Source: a virus
Reading direction: 5' to 3' (one strand)
DNA: 56,259 nucleotides
IMG/VR virus record: IMGVR_UViG_3300043184_000094
Span: 1-56,259 of that record
Below are positions 1-9,100 of the stretch, piece after piece (position 1 is the stretch's first letter; each line of letters begins with the position of its first letter). The notes beneath the pieces were generated by a model. The model was not told the origin of the DNA. It was given only the letters and a program-made list of their open reading frames with translations, and made no database searches. The position numbers and the translations under genes are program-made.

Positions 1-445
1 CGGGTACGACGTGCAGCGCGAGGGCAACCGGCTGCAATCGGACACGTCCCGCTACCTCGGCGACATCCAGAACGCGACGGCGCAGCGGGGCCAGGACTTC
101 TCCCTCCAGTCGGCGCTCGCCGGGTACGACGTGCAGCGCGAGGGCAACCGGCTGCAATCGGACACGTCCCGCTACCTCGGCGACATCCAGAACGCGACGG
201 CGCAGCGGGGCCAGGACTTCTCCCTCCAGTCGGCGCTCGCCGGGTACGACGTGCAGCGCGAGGGCAACCGGCTGCAATCGGACACGTCGCGGTACGTCGC
301 CGGCCTCGGCGACGCCACGACCCGCCGCGGGCAGGACTTCTCCCTCCAGTCGGCCAACCGCGGGTACGACGTGCAGGAGTCCGGCAACCGCCTCGCGGCG
401 GAAACCGCCCGCCGGGGCCAGGACACCGCCCTCCGGCAGACGATG
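1..445 (+). repeat. 120-bp in-frame tandem repeat array (window-start half)
   Basis: Units 1-120 and 121-240 are nucleotide-identical. Unit 241-360 diverges after about 50 nt. Unit 361-~445 is degenerate. Confidence 0.95.
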
Positions 446-883
446 GCCCCGATCGACTGGAGCCGGGAGCGGTTCAACGCCATCCTGCCGCAGATCGAGG
501 CCATCCTGGGCGGCGGCGGCCCCCAGCCGGCCCCCTCTTACGCCCCGGTCGCCGCCGGCGGCGGGGGCGGCGGCGGGCTGCGGGCCAACGCGATTGCCGC
601 CCGCGGCGAGCGGCAAGGCGTCACCCGCCAGCAGGCCAACGCCCGGCGGCTTACGGCCGCCGGGTATGGGGCGAACAGCCCGCTCCTCATGGCCCTGAAC
701 CAGATGGCGTCGCAGGGGGCGCGGTCGGCGACCGCCGACGCCCTGTCCGACAACGCCCTCGATTACGCCCGGCTGGCCGAGCAGCAGCGCGCGAACACCC
801 AGGACGCCGACATCCGGTCCCGCCAGATCGCCGCCCAGCGGCAGTCGGCCCTGCTGTCCGCCCTCACCGCCCTCGCCGGCTAA
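2..883 (+). CDS. C-terminal part of a wrap-around virion-block protein with 40-aa tandem repeats (5' part is 55678..56259)
   Basis: The frame opening at nt 2 (track ORF 11..883) is in phase with the ORF that runs off the window end. Repeat is GYDVQREGNRLQSDTSRYLGDIQNATAQRGQDFSLQSALA. High GC3. Stop TAA at 881-883. Confidence 0.8.
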   Translation, partial: GYDVQREGNRLQSDTSRYLGDIQNATAQRGQDFSLQSALAGYDVQREGNRLQSDTSRYLGDIQNATAQRGQDFSLQSALAGYDVQREGNRLQSDTSRYVAGLGDATTRRGQDFSLQSANRGYDVQESGNRLAAETARRGQDTALRQTMAPIDWSRERFNAILPQIEAILGGGGPQPAPSYAPVAAGGGGGGGLRANAIAARGERQGVTRQQANARRLTAAGYGANSPLLMALNQMASQGARSATADALSDNALDYARLAEQQRANTQDADIRSRQIAAQRQSALLSALTALAG

Positions 884-894
884 GGAGCCCGCCG

Positions 895-2703
895 ATGATC
901 CGCACCATGCGCGAGTTCGGCCCGCTCGACCCGGCCGTGTTCGGGGACGACGCCGCCATCGACGGCCTCCTGCGGCAACTGACCGGCGGCCCCGGCCGGC
1001 GGCGGCCGACGACCTACCAGGCCGGGTTCGACGGCGAGCGGTCGCCCGGCCCGGCCGACCCGGACGCGGCGGAGATGGCCCGGATGGGCGTCGGGGCGTC
1101 GCCCGGGTTCGGGGCGGCCCTCGGGCCGGGCATCCTCGCCGGCGACATCGCGGACCGCCTCCGCCCGCCGCCGGCCGTTCGCCAAGTGGACCAACTGCCG
1201 CCGGCCGGCCCGCGCCAACCCGCCGCCACGCCCCAGCCGGCGGCCCGCCCGCCGATGTCGCCCGAGCAGGCCGAGGAGTCGCTGCGGCGACTCCGGGGCG
1301 TGTTCGCGCCGGGTCCGCCGCCGGCCGCCCCGCCCGCCGCCGACCCCTTGGCACCACCCCCGCCCCAGCGCCCGGCCGGCGACCCGCCCGTCATCCGGCC
1401 GACGCTCCCCCCGGACCACCGGACCGTCGTCAGCGACCCGACCGGCGTCCTGGCGACCTACGACTACGACCGCCTGCCGGGCGGCGGATACCGCCAGCGG
1501 CCGACGCCCGACCAGGTGATGGCGATGCGGCCCCGGTCGATGTGGGAGCTGGCGAACGCCCCCGGGGCGGGCGGCGCGCCGTCGCTGGCGGAAGTCCTCC
1601 AGTTGCTGACCGGCACCGCCTACGGCCAGAGCGCCACGCACTTCGCCCCGAACACGCTGGGCCGGGCGGTCGCCGCCCAGCAGGCCCTTGGCGGCCAGAT
1701 GAGCAAGCAGCAGCTCGACGCCATGCAGTTGCTGCTCGGCTCCCAGAACGCCGCCGCCGACCGGGAGAGCCGGGAGCGGGTTGCCGGGATGGCAGGCGGC
1801 CGGGACGCCATGCGGGCGCAACTGCTCGCCGCGCTGTCGCAGCGGATGGCGGTGGACCCGAAGTTCGACATCCAGCAGTTCGCCCCGGCGTTCCGGCTGC
1901 TCGACATGCTCGGCGACAGCACCGCCGGGCGAACGCCGCCAGGTGGCGCTCAGCCCGGCGCTCAGCCCGGCGCTCAGCCCGGCGCTCAGCCCGGCCAGAC
2001 CCCCGGCATCGTGACGCCAGCCCGGCCGCCCGGCGGCGACCTGGAGGCGATCCAGAACACGCCGGAGTGGCGGGCGGCCGAGTTGCAGCGGCGGGCCGCC
2101 GACACCCTGCGGGCGGTCCGCGCCCCGCTCGGGGACGCGACGACCGGGCCGAACGGGGAGGATCGCTTCGCCTTCGCCCCCGACGAGAAGCCGACCGCCG
2201 ACCGCGTGCGGCAGGCCGTGGACGCGCTGCGGGCGGCGGCCGTCAGCGACCCGGCGATGCTCGCCGAACTCCAGCGGCAGGTGCGGCAGGGCGGCCTCGG
2301 GCCGCACACCGCCGCCCTGCGGCGGATGGCCGCCGCCGAACTCGCCACGCAGCAGGTGATCGGCCAGGGGCTGACGCGGGACGGGGCCGGGCAGTTGCCG
2401 GGCGTGTTCGACATGCCGGGGTACTTCACCCTGCGGAGCGCCCCGGCGTCCACCGTGCTCGGGCAGGTGGCAGACGGCTTCTCCCAGGGGTGGCACAACG
2501 GCATCCCGTTCAACGAGCTGGTGCTGCCGACCGGCGAGGCGGTGCCGTTCGACCGCAGCCGGATCGGCGGCGCGCTCGCCCCGCTCCAGTACGGCGGCTG
2601 GAGCCCGGCCCGGGTGGAGGCGGCCCGCCGGTCGCTACCGGGGCTGTACCAGTTCTACGACCTGCTTCGGCCGGAGGGCGACCGCCGCCCCGGCGGTCGC
2701 TAG
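895..2703 (+). CDS. Pro/Ala-rich virion-block protein (internal/ejection-type candidate), 602 aa
   Basis: Track ORF. AAGGAG lies 7 nt upstream of the ATG. Protein-like C-terminal half. In-frame (GAQP)x4 from 12-nt repeats at about 1944-1991. Confidence 0.8.
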   Translation: MIRTMREFGPLDPAVFGDDAAIDGLLRQLTGGPGRRRPTTYQAGFDGERSPGPADPDAAEMARMGVGASPGFGAALGPGILAGDIADRLRPPPAVRQVDQLPPAGPRQPAATPQPAARPPMSPEQAEESLRRLRGVFAPGPPPAAPPAADPLAPPPPQRPAGDPPVIRPTLPPDHRTVVSDPTGVLATYDYDRLPGGGYRQRPTPDQVMAMRPRSMWELANAPGAGGAPSLAEVLQLLTGTAYGQSATHFAPNTLGRAVAAQQALGGQMSKQQLDAMQLLLGSQNAAADRESRERVAGMAGGRDAMRAQLLAALSQRMAVDPKFDIQQFAPAFRLLDMLGDSTAGRTPPGGAQPGAQPGAQPGAQPGQTPGIVTPARPPGGDLEAIQNTPEWRAAELQRRAADTLRAVRAPLGDATTGPNGEDRFAFAPDEKPTADRVRQAVDALRAAAVSDPAMLAELQRQVRQGGLGPHTAALRRMAAAELATQQVIGQGLTRDGAGQLPGVFDMPGYFTLRSAPASTVLGQVADGFSQGWHNGIPFNELVLPTGEAVPFDRSRIGGALAPLQYGGWSPARVEAARRSLPGLYQFYDLLRPEGDRRPGGR

Positions 2704-2886
2704 GCCGGTGGCGAGGAGCTGGACGCCGAGTCGCGGCAGGTCGGCCGGCTGCGGCCCGGCGTCCCATACGGGCTGGTATTCGGGCCGGTACGAGTACCCG
2801 CCCGCGATCACGCCGCAGTGCGGCGGGTACAGGCACTGGGCGGCGGCGGCGGGCAGGCCGGCCGCCACGGCGATCTTCGGTGTCAT
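2635..2886 (-). CDS. Small reverse-oriented ORF (83 aa) between two plus-strand virion genes
   Basis: High GC3 in this frame through most of the 213-nt plus-strand gap. AGGAA lies 8 nt upstream of the ATG. Its 3' end overlaps the end of 895..2703 by 69 nt. Confidence 0.45.
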   Translation of the reverse strand: MTPKIAVAAGLPAAAAQCLYPPHCGVIAGGYSYRPEYQPVWDAGPQPADLPRLGVQLLATGLATAGAAVALRPKQVVELVQPR

Positions 2887-2916
2887 GGTGACGGTTCCTA
2901 GAACGGGACGCCGGCG

Positions 2917-4125
2917 ATGTCAACCGCCATCTCGGAAGACGTGGTTCGCGCCCTCGCGTCGGCCCGGGGCGGGGCCGCCGCCGGGGCCGCAGGCGGCGGG
3001 CTGCTCTCCGCGCTCGGCTCCCTCCTGGAGCCGCTGTCCTACCCGCAGCAGGCGGCCTACTGGCTGGTGAACCGGCTGGCCGACCCGTTCCGCCCCGAGG
3101 GGGACTACAGCCCGGACATGGGGCCGGACGAGCTCGCCCGCGCGCTCGACGCCGACTCGCTCGTGGGCCGGGCCATCGTCTCCACCCTGACCGACCCGCT
3201 GACGTTCCTCGGCGGCGGGGCCGGGCGGCTCGCCGGCCGGTCCGCCGGGCGGCAGGTCGCGGCCGTGGACGGCGCGATGTCCGACCTCCGGCCGCTCGCC
3301 CGGCAGTACGAGGCCATGCAGGCGGTCGCCCCCGAAATCCAGGCCGGCGTGGACCGGCTCGGGGCGCTGCGGTCCGAGGCCCGAGCCGCCGGCAGCGCCG
3401 CCGAGGACGCCTGGCGGGCGGCGGCCGGGGACGCCGAGGCCGCCTACGCCCGACAACTGGCCGACGCCCAGGCGGCCCGTGCGTGGCGGCTTGGCGACTT
3501 CGCCATGCAGCCGGAGGAGGCCGTCGCCGCGCTGGCCGACCCGGCGTCCGAGCTGCGGGCGGCCATCGGCGGCGGTCGCGTCCCCGGCGTGTTCGCGCCG
3601 CCCGGCGGGGCCAAGGTCGGCGGCCTGCTCGACGCGCTGGCCGAGTACGGCTACGCCCACCCGCTCGACGGCGGCCGGTACGCGGTCGCCTACGGCGGCC
3701 TGCCGGCCGTCCGCCGCCGGGGCAACTCGCTCGGCCTGACCGGCGTCCCCGAGGAGTCGCTGGCCGACCTGCCGCCGGGGCCGTTCTTCCCGCTGCGGAA
3801 CCCGGAGCCGTTCGCCCCGCCGCCGCGGCCGACGCCCCCGCCCCGGCCCCGAGTCGAGGAGCCGACGCTGAGCGTCCGGGACGTGCTCTTCGACTCGCCG
3901 GGGGCGACCGCCCCGGGTTCCGGCCGCGGGCTGTCCGACGCCCTCAGCGCGATGGCCCCGGGCCTCGACCCGGGCGACGCGCTCATGATGCCGATCGACC
4001 AGGCGGCGGCGGCGATGGCCGACCGCGGGCGGTTCATCCAGGCCGCCGCCCGCCAAGCGGGCGACAAGATCGACGCCCTGCCGGCGTTCGGCCGGTGGTT
4101 CGCCCGCACCTACGGGGGAGGCTGA
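2917..4125 (+). CDS. Virion-block protein with N-terminal TDPL motif, 402 aa
   Basis: Track ORF with protein-like composition. TLTDPLTFLGG near nt 3193. Followed directly by the next gene. Confidence 0.8.
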   Translation: MSTAISEDVVRALASARGGAAAGAAGGGLLSALGSLLEPLSYPQQAAYWLVNRLADPFRPEGDYSPDMGPDELARALDADSLVGRAIVSTLTDPLTFLGGGAGRLAGRSAGRQVAAVDGAMSDLRPLARQYEAMQAVAPEIQAGVDRLGALRSEARAAGSAAEDAWRAAAGDAEAAYARQLADAQAARAWRLGDFAMQPEEAVAALADPASELRAAIGGGRVPGVFAPPGGAKVGGLLDALAEYGYAHPLDGGRYAVAYGGLPAVRRRGNSLGLTGVPEESLADLPPGPFFPLRNPEPFAPPPRPTPPPRPRVEEPTLSVRDVLFDSPGATAPGSGRGLSDALSAMAPGLDPGDALMMPIDQAAAAMADRGRFIQAAARQAGDKIDALPAFGRWFARTYGGG

Positions 4126-4126
4126 C

Positions 4127-5077
4127 GTGGACACCCTGCTCGGGATGCTAGACGCCCTGAACTTGCCCCGCGAGCAACTGTTCCGGCTGCTCGGGTCGGC
4201 CGACGGGTCCGGGGCCGGCCTCCTAAACGAGTACGCCGGCGTGGACCCGGCGTCGGCGCTGGGCCGGTACGGCGGGTTCGCCGCCGAGGCCGCCCTGGAC
4301 CCGCTCAACCTGTTCGGGGCCGGGGCGACCCGCCAACTCCTGAAGGGCGTCGAGGGGCTGGGGGCCGCCGCCAAGGCCGGCCGGGTCGCCGACGCGACCG
4401 CCGACCTCTCGGCCGGCCGCCGGCTGGAGCAGATCGCGGCCGACGCCCCCGGCACGTTCAACCCGGCGACGATGGGGCCGGGCGGCCTCCCGCTGTCGTC
4501 CCGGGCGGCCCTCCAGCCGGAGATGATGGCCCCCCCGCTCGGGCTGTCGCAGTCGCAGGCCCGGCGGGTGCCGGCCAACGCCAACTACCCGACATTCATG
4601 ACCGGCGGCGACGCGGTTCGCTACCAGGACAACACCCGCCGGCAGATGCAGGGCGCGCTCGGCGAGATGTACCCCGGCAACATGACGGAGGCGGCCGACC
4701 TGCTGAACGACTACCGGTACGGCCAGTTCCGGCGGAACGCCGGGGCCAACGCCGCCAGCCGCGACCTGGAGTCCCTGCTGGCCGAGTTCGCCGACGGCCG
4801 CCCGCAACTGACCGTCGGCGACATGGCCGGGGCCGACGCCGCGATGATCGCCGAGGTCGCCCGCCGCAACCGCCCGGTCCGGGAGGCGCTGGCGTCCGCC
4901 GGGCCGTCGATGGACGCGACCGGCCTCAAGGCCGACGGCCTCGTGTCCGGGCTGGAGGCGGCGCTGGCGGCGGCCACCGGCTCCCGGGCCGTCAACCCGC
5001 TCGTCCCGCAGGCGATCCTCGCCGGGGCCGGCGGGGCGTGGGGCGGCTACCAGGGAACCCGGGGAATGAGGGCGTGA
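4127..5077 (+). CDS. Virion-block protein with N-terminal LDPLNLF motif, 316 aa
   Basis: GTG start with GGAGG upstream. AALDPLNLFGAG at nt 4298. High GC3. Confidence 0.8.
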   Translation: MDTLLGMLDALNLPREQLFRLLGSADGSGAGLLNEYAGVDPASALGRYGGFAAEAALDPLNLFGAGATRQLLKGVEGLGAAAKAGRVADATADLSAGRRLEQIAADAPGTFNPATMGPGGLPLSSRAALQPEMMAPPLGLSQSQARRVPANANYPTFMTGGDAVRYQDNTRRQMQGALGEMYPGNMTEAADLLNDYRYGQFRRNAGANAASRDLESLLAEFADGRPQLTVGDMAGADAAMIAEVARRNRPVREALASAGPSMDATGLKADGLVSGLEAALAAATGSRAVNPLVPQAILAGAGGAWGGYQGTRGMRA

Positions 5078-5078
5078 C

Positions 5079-5852
5079 ATGTCGCTCCTGGCCGCCCTAG
5101 AGTACGCAGCCGACGCGCTGGGCAAGCCCGGCCGCGCCGCCCGCGGCGTGCTGGCGGGGCGGCCCGACGAGGGGTTTGCCGCCCTGCCGTTCAGCGACTC
5201 GCTCGGGATCACCGACCCCGCCCGGCAGGCGTCCGGTGCCGACCTGACCGGCGGGGCCACGACGGGCCTCCTGGCCGAACTCCTCCTCGACCCGCTGAAC
5301 CTCGTCGCCGGGGCGGGGCTGGCCCGCCGGGCGGCCCCGGCGGCGGCGGCGGCTGGCCGGGAGGCCAGGCTGCTCGGGTCGGCGGCCTCGGACGCGATCG
5401 CCGCCTACCGCGGGCATGGCGGGTCGGTCGCCGGCATGTTGCCGCTGCGGCGGGACTTCACCGTCGCCAAGGACTTGCGGGCCACGGTCGGCGAACCGCT
5501 CGAACTCGTCCCGCACTACGTCGTCGGGCCGGGCGGGCGGGAGTACCCGCTGCTCGCCGGCGGCCGGGTCCAGACCGGGTTCCTGCCCGGCACCTCACCC
5601 CACGGCACGGCATTCTCCGCCCGCCCGGTCGGCGGGGTGCCGGGCGGGCTGACCGAGGCCGCCGACCGATACCGGGATGTCAGGGAGGCGATGTCATCGG
5701 TCGGCACGCGGATGGGCCTCTCGGAGGGCGTCGCCGGGGCCTACTCGCCGGCGCACCGAACGGCGGTGATCCGCGGTGCCGACTTCCCGGGGCGGCTCAC
5801 GGCGTCGCCGACGCGGCCGAGGCGGTTCGGCACGAGACGGCCCACGGAATGA
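5079..5852 (+). CDS. Virion-block protein with LPFSDSLGIT and LDPLNLV module; probably continuous with 5849..6187 across a frame break near 5786
   Basis: Track ORF. The last ~20 codons (RLTASPTRPRRFGTRRPTE) look like an off-frame tail. Confidence 0.7.
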   Translation: MSLLAALEYAADALGKPGRAARGVLAGRPDEGFAALPFSDSLGITDPARQASGADLTGGATTGLLAELLLDPLNLVAGAGLARRAAPAAAAAGREARLLGSAASDAIAAYRGHGGSVAGMLPLRRDFTVAKDLRATVGEPLELVPHYVVGPGGREYPLLAGGRVQTGFLPGTSPHGTAFSARPVGGVPGGLTEAADRYRDVREAMSSVGTRMGLSEGVAGAYSPAHRTAVIRGADFPGRLTASPTRPRRFGTRRPTE

Positions 5853-6187
5853 TCGACCGCGCCATCGCATCCGGCGACCTGTCCGGCCTGCCACCGATCC
5901 TGCGTGCGCCGGCCCGGATGCGCGGTGCCGGCACGCCGGCGGTCCGCAGCCTCGGTGACTTGCTAGAGGAGTACGCCGCCCGGCTGACGCAGCACGGGGA
6001 CGCCTACGAGGCGGCCGACTTCATCCGCAGCCCGCTGCCGGGCTACGCCAGCATCCTGGAGTCGCCGGCCGTCGCCCAGGCATACGGCGAGGGTATGTTC
6101 AGCCGCCTGCGGCCGGCGGCACTGACGATCGGCGGGAGTGTCGGCGGGCTGGCCGGATACCTCGCCGCGATGGAGGCGAACCGATGA
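5849..6187 (+). CDS. ORF continuing the previous gene in the -1 frame; an HExxH motif lies just upstream of its ATG in the same frame
   Basis: Translating the same frame upstream of the ATG gives PGAAHGVADAAEAVRHETAHG, with HETAH at 5831-5845. ATGA overlap with the stop of the previous ORF. Confidence 0.6.
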   Translation: MIDRAIASGDLSGLPPILRAPARMRGAGTPAVRSLGDLLEEYAARLTQHGDAYEAADFIRSPLPGYASILESPAVAQAYGEGMFSRLRPAALTIGGSVGGLAGYLAAMEANR

Positions 6188-9100
6188 GCCGCGTCGGCGC
6201 GTTCGGCGGACTCGACCCGCTCGACGGCAACCCGTTCGCCGCGCTGGCCCGGCCCCGCCGCCCGGCGACAGCGGCCCTGCCGGCGTTCACCCCGGAGGAG
6301 CAGTCGTCGCTCATCGGCGACATCATGGAGGGGTCGCTGGGCGGCCTCGCCTACGTCGGCAAGGTGTTCGACAAGTTCGGCCGCGCCGCCCGCGGCGGCC
6401 TCAACATGCTCGCCGGCGGCGACACGCCGGCCTCGGAACTGGCCTCCTTCCTGCCCTTCTCCGACGCCCTCGGGATCACCGAGGAGCGGAACGCCGTCCA
6501 GGGCACCGACCTCAACGCCACCCTCGGGCTGACGACCCGCGGCGACGACTCGCTCGAAAACCTCGCCGCCGGGTTCGCCACCGAACTGCTGACCGACCCG
6601 CTGAACTACGTCACGTTAGGGGCCAAGACGGCGCTGGGCACGGCCGCCAAGAAGGCCGGCACGCTGCCGCGGGCGCTGGGCGATCAGGTGCGTGGCGGGC
6701 AGGCGGGGCTGGTCGGCCTCGGCGTCCCGTTCCGCCAACCGGCCGCCGTCCTGGGCACCGGGCAGACGGCCGCCAAGGTCGCCGACCGGCTCGACCGGCT
6801 CGGCGGCGGGATCGCCGCCCTCGGCCCCGTCCGGGCGGTCCGCGCCGCCATCGACCCGGAGGTGGGCGGGGCGTGGACGCGGGAGGGGCAACTGCTCGCC
6901 CAGGACGTGCTCCGGCCGACCCAGCGGGCGCTGGAGCGGGAGGCCGGCTACGACTACGCCGGGTTCCTCCAGCGGGCCGACAGCTTCGCCGCCAAAGACC
7001 CGCGGGCCACCGCCGACGCGACCCGGCTGGCGGCCGAGGGGTTCCTGCCGGAAGCGACCGCCCGCGCGACGGCGGCGTTCGGCCCCCTCGGGGCCGACTT
7101 GGTTAAGGTCGGCCAAGACCTCGGCGACCGCGCCCGCGCCTACCTGCCGGCCGAGCAGGCGCTGGGCCTGAACACCCGGGAGCTGGCCGACCTCGCCGAC
7201 TACCTGCCGCGGTCCAAGAACCCGCTGCCCGGGGCCGGCGGGTCGGTGTGGGAGCGGTTCCGCCGCGCGTACCAGGACTTCTCGACGACCCACGGCTCCC
7301 AGTTCGCCCGCGAGGAGGCGTACCGCGACATCCCGGGCGGCACGGTCCGGCTCAACGAGTACTTCAAAGACCCCGCCCTGCGGTCGATGACCGACCTCCA
7401 GCGGAAGGACTTCTTCCGCCGCGAGCTCGCGGCCACCAAGCCGGCCCCGCCGCCGGCCGGGGCCGCGCAGGATGTCGTGGACGCCTACCGGGAGGCGCTG
7501 GGCAGGTGGGAGGGGCAGGTCGGCGAGCTGGCCGGCCGCGTCGGCTCGGCCGACCCGCGGTACGCCGCCGAGTCGCTGGACTTCTTCCGCCCGGACCCGT
7601 TCGCCGACCTGCTCGTCCGGGGCCGCCGGTCCGCCCAGGCCCGCGCCGGCGCGGAGACGGTGTTCGAGGGGGTCGGCCGCCACGCCAAGCCGACCGCCGC
7701 CCTGGCCGCCGAGGGCGTCGAGTCGGTGCCGCTGACCGAGCTGATGCAGCGGCTGGCCCTCGACCGGCCGGGGGCCGGGTCCGGGGTCGAGGCGGCCGTC
7801 CGCATGGCGACCAGGATGGGCGTCTCGCCCAACGACCTGAAGAACTACGCCCTGCCGGCTGACATCGCCCGGGACGTGGTGAAGCTCGGGCAGGCGTGGA
7901 ACACGCCGCGGGAACTCGGCCCCGTGATGTCGGCCTGGAACTACGCCCAGAACCTGTTCAAGACGTGGGTGACGGCCCCGTTCCCGGCGTTCCACGCCCG
8001 CAACCTCGTGTCCGGCCTGTTCAACGCCTGGCGTGACGACGCCCTGTCGCCGGCCGCGCTGAAGGAGGCGTTCCAGGTGATCCGCGGCGGCACCCTGGAC
8101 GCGCCGATCCCGGGCCTCGGGGCGACGGCCGCCGAGTCCACCCAGGCGCTGATCCGCAACGCCATCGCCGACCGCGTGGCGTTCGCGAGGGACGCGGGCC
8201 GGGCGGCGGACACACTGGGCACCGGGCCGGCCGACCTGATCGCCCGCCTGCCGGCACCGTCCGCGACCGGCAACTCGGCGCTGGGCGACCTCGGCCGGTG
8301 GCTGGTGGACCTGGTGCCCGGCGGGCGCGTGGCGCGGACGGAGGGCCGCCTGCCGACCAGGGCCGAGGTGCTGGGCGGGCTGGACCCGCGGAACGTCGAG
8401 GGCGTCCGGGACGCCTACAAGACGCCGAACAGCCTGATCGCCGGGGCGCGGGTCGCCCAGGGGAACATCGACGACTTCGTGCAACTGGGCCACTACATCG
8501 CCAAGCTGCGGAACGGGTTCGACCCGGCGACCGCCGGCCTAGCGGTGAAGAAATACCACAACGACTACTCGGCCCTTACCAGCACCGAGCGGAACGTCCT
8601 GAAGGCGGTAGCGCCCTGGTATTCCTTCAGCCGCCGGTCGCTGCCGCCGCTGCTCGAAGATCTCGTGACGAAGCCGGCCAAGGTGGGGTCGGCCCTGCGG
8701 CTGACGAGCGGCGTCCGCGAGCCCGGCCAGTTCGTGCCGGGCTTCATCGCCGAGGGGGCGTCGGTGCCGGTCCCGGGCGCGCCGGAGGGCCAGCAGCGGT
8801 ACATCTCCAGCTTCGGCCTGCCCATCGAGGACGAGGCGTTCAAGACGCTCGGCAGCTTCGCCAGCGGCGACTTCTCCCGCGGGTTGCAGTCGCTCATCGG
8901 GATGGCGAACCCGCTGGTGAAGGCCCCGCTGGAACTCGGGTTCGGGACGCAACTGTACAGCGGCCGGCGGCTCGAAGACTTGCGGCCCCTGACCGCGACG
9001 GCCGGCCTGCTGAACGAGGACTCGGGGCGGCTGGTCTCGCAGATCGTCGCCAACAGCCCGGCGAGCCGGTTCGCCTCGACCTTCGACAAGCTGCTCGACG

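Noticed and set aside
1-445. The 120-bp repeat array as a CRISPR array or as a DGR template/variable repeat pair.
   Set aside because: The repeats are contiguous with no spacers, in frame, and inside an ORF. Copies are identical rather than differing at adenines. I saw no reverse transcriptase (no YxDD-type ORF) and no cas gene anywhere in the window.
2708-3070. Plus-strand ORF of 120 aa filling the gap between two virion genes.
   Set aside because: Its composition is shadow-like (Arg/Gly/Pro/Trp) and it overlaps the start of 2917..4125 out of frame. The minus-strand frame has the better codon bias.
5780-5795. Programmed ribosomal frameshifting as the explanation for the frame breaks here and at about 25030, 26530 and 30260.
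   Set aside because: There is no X XXY YYZ slippery heptamer or obvious downstream pseudoknot at any of the four sites. Three of them are repaired by adding a single base, which fits indel error or mutation better. This remains unproven without reads.
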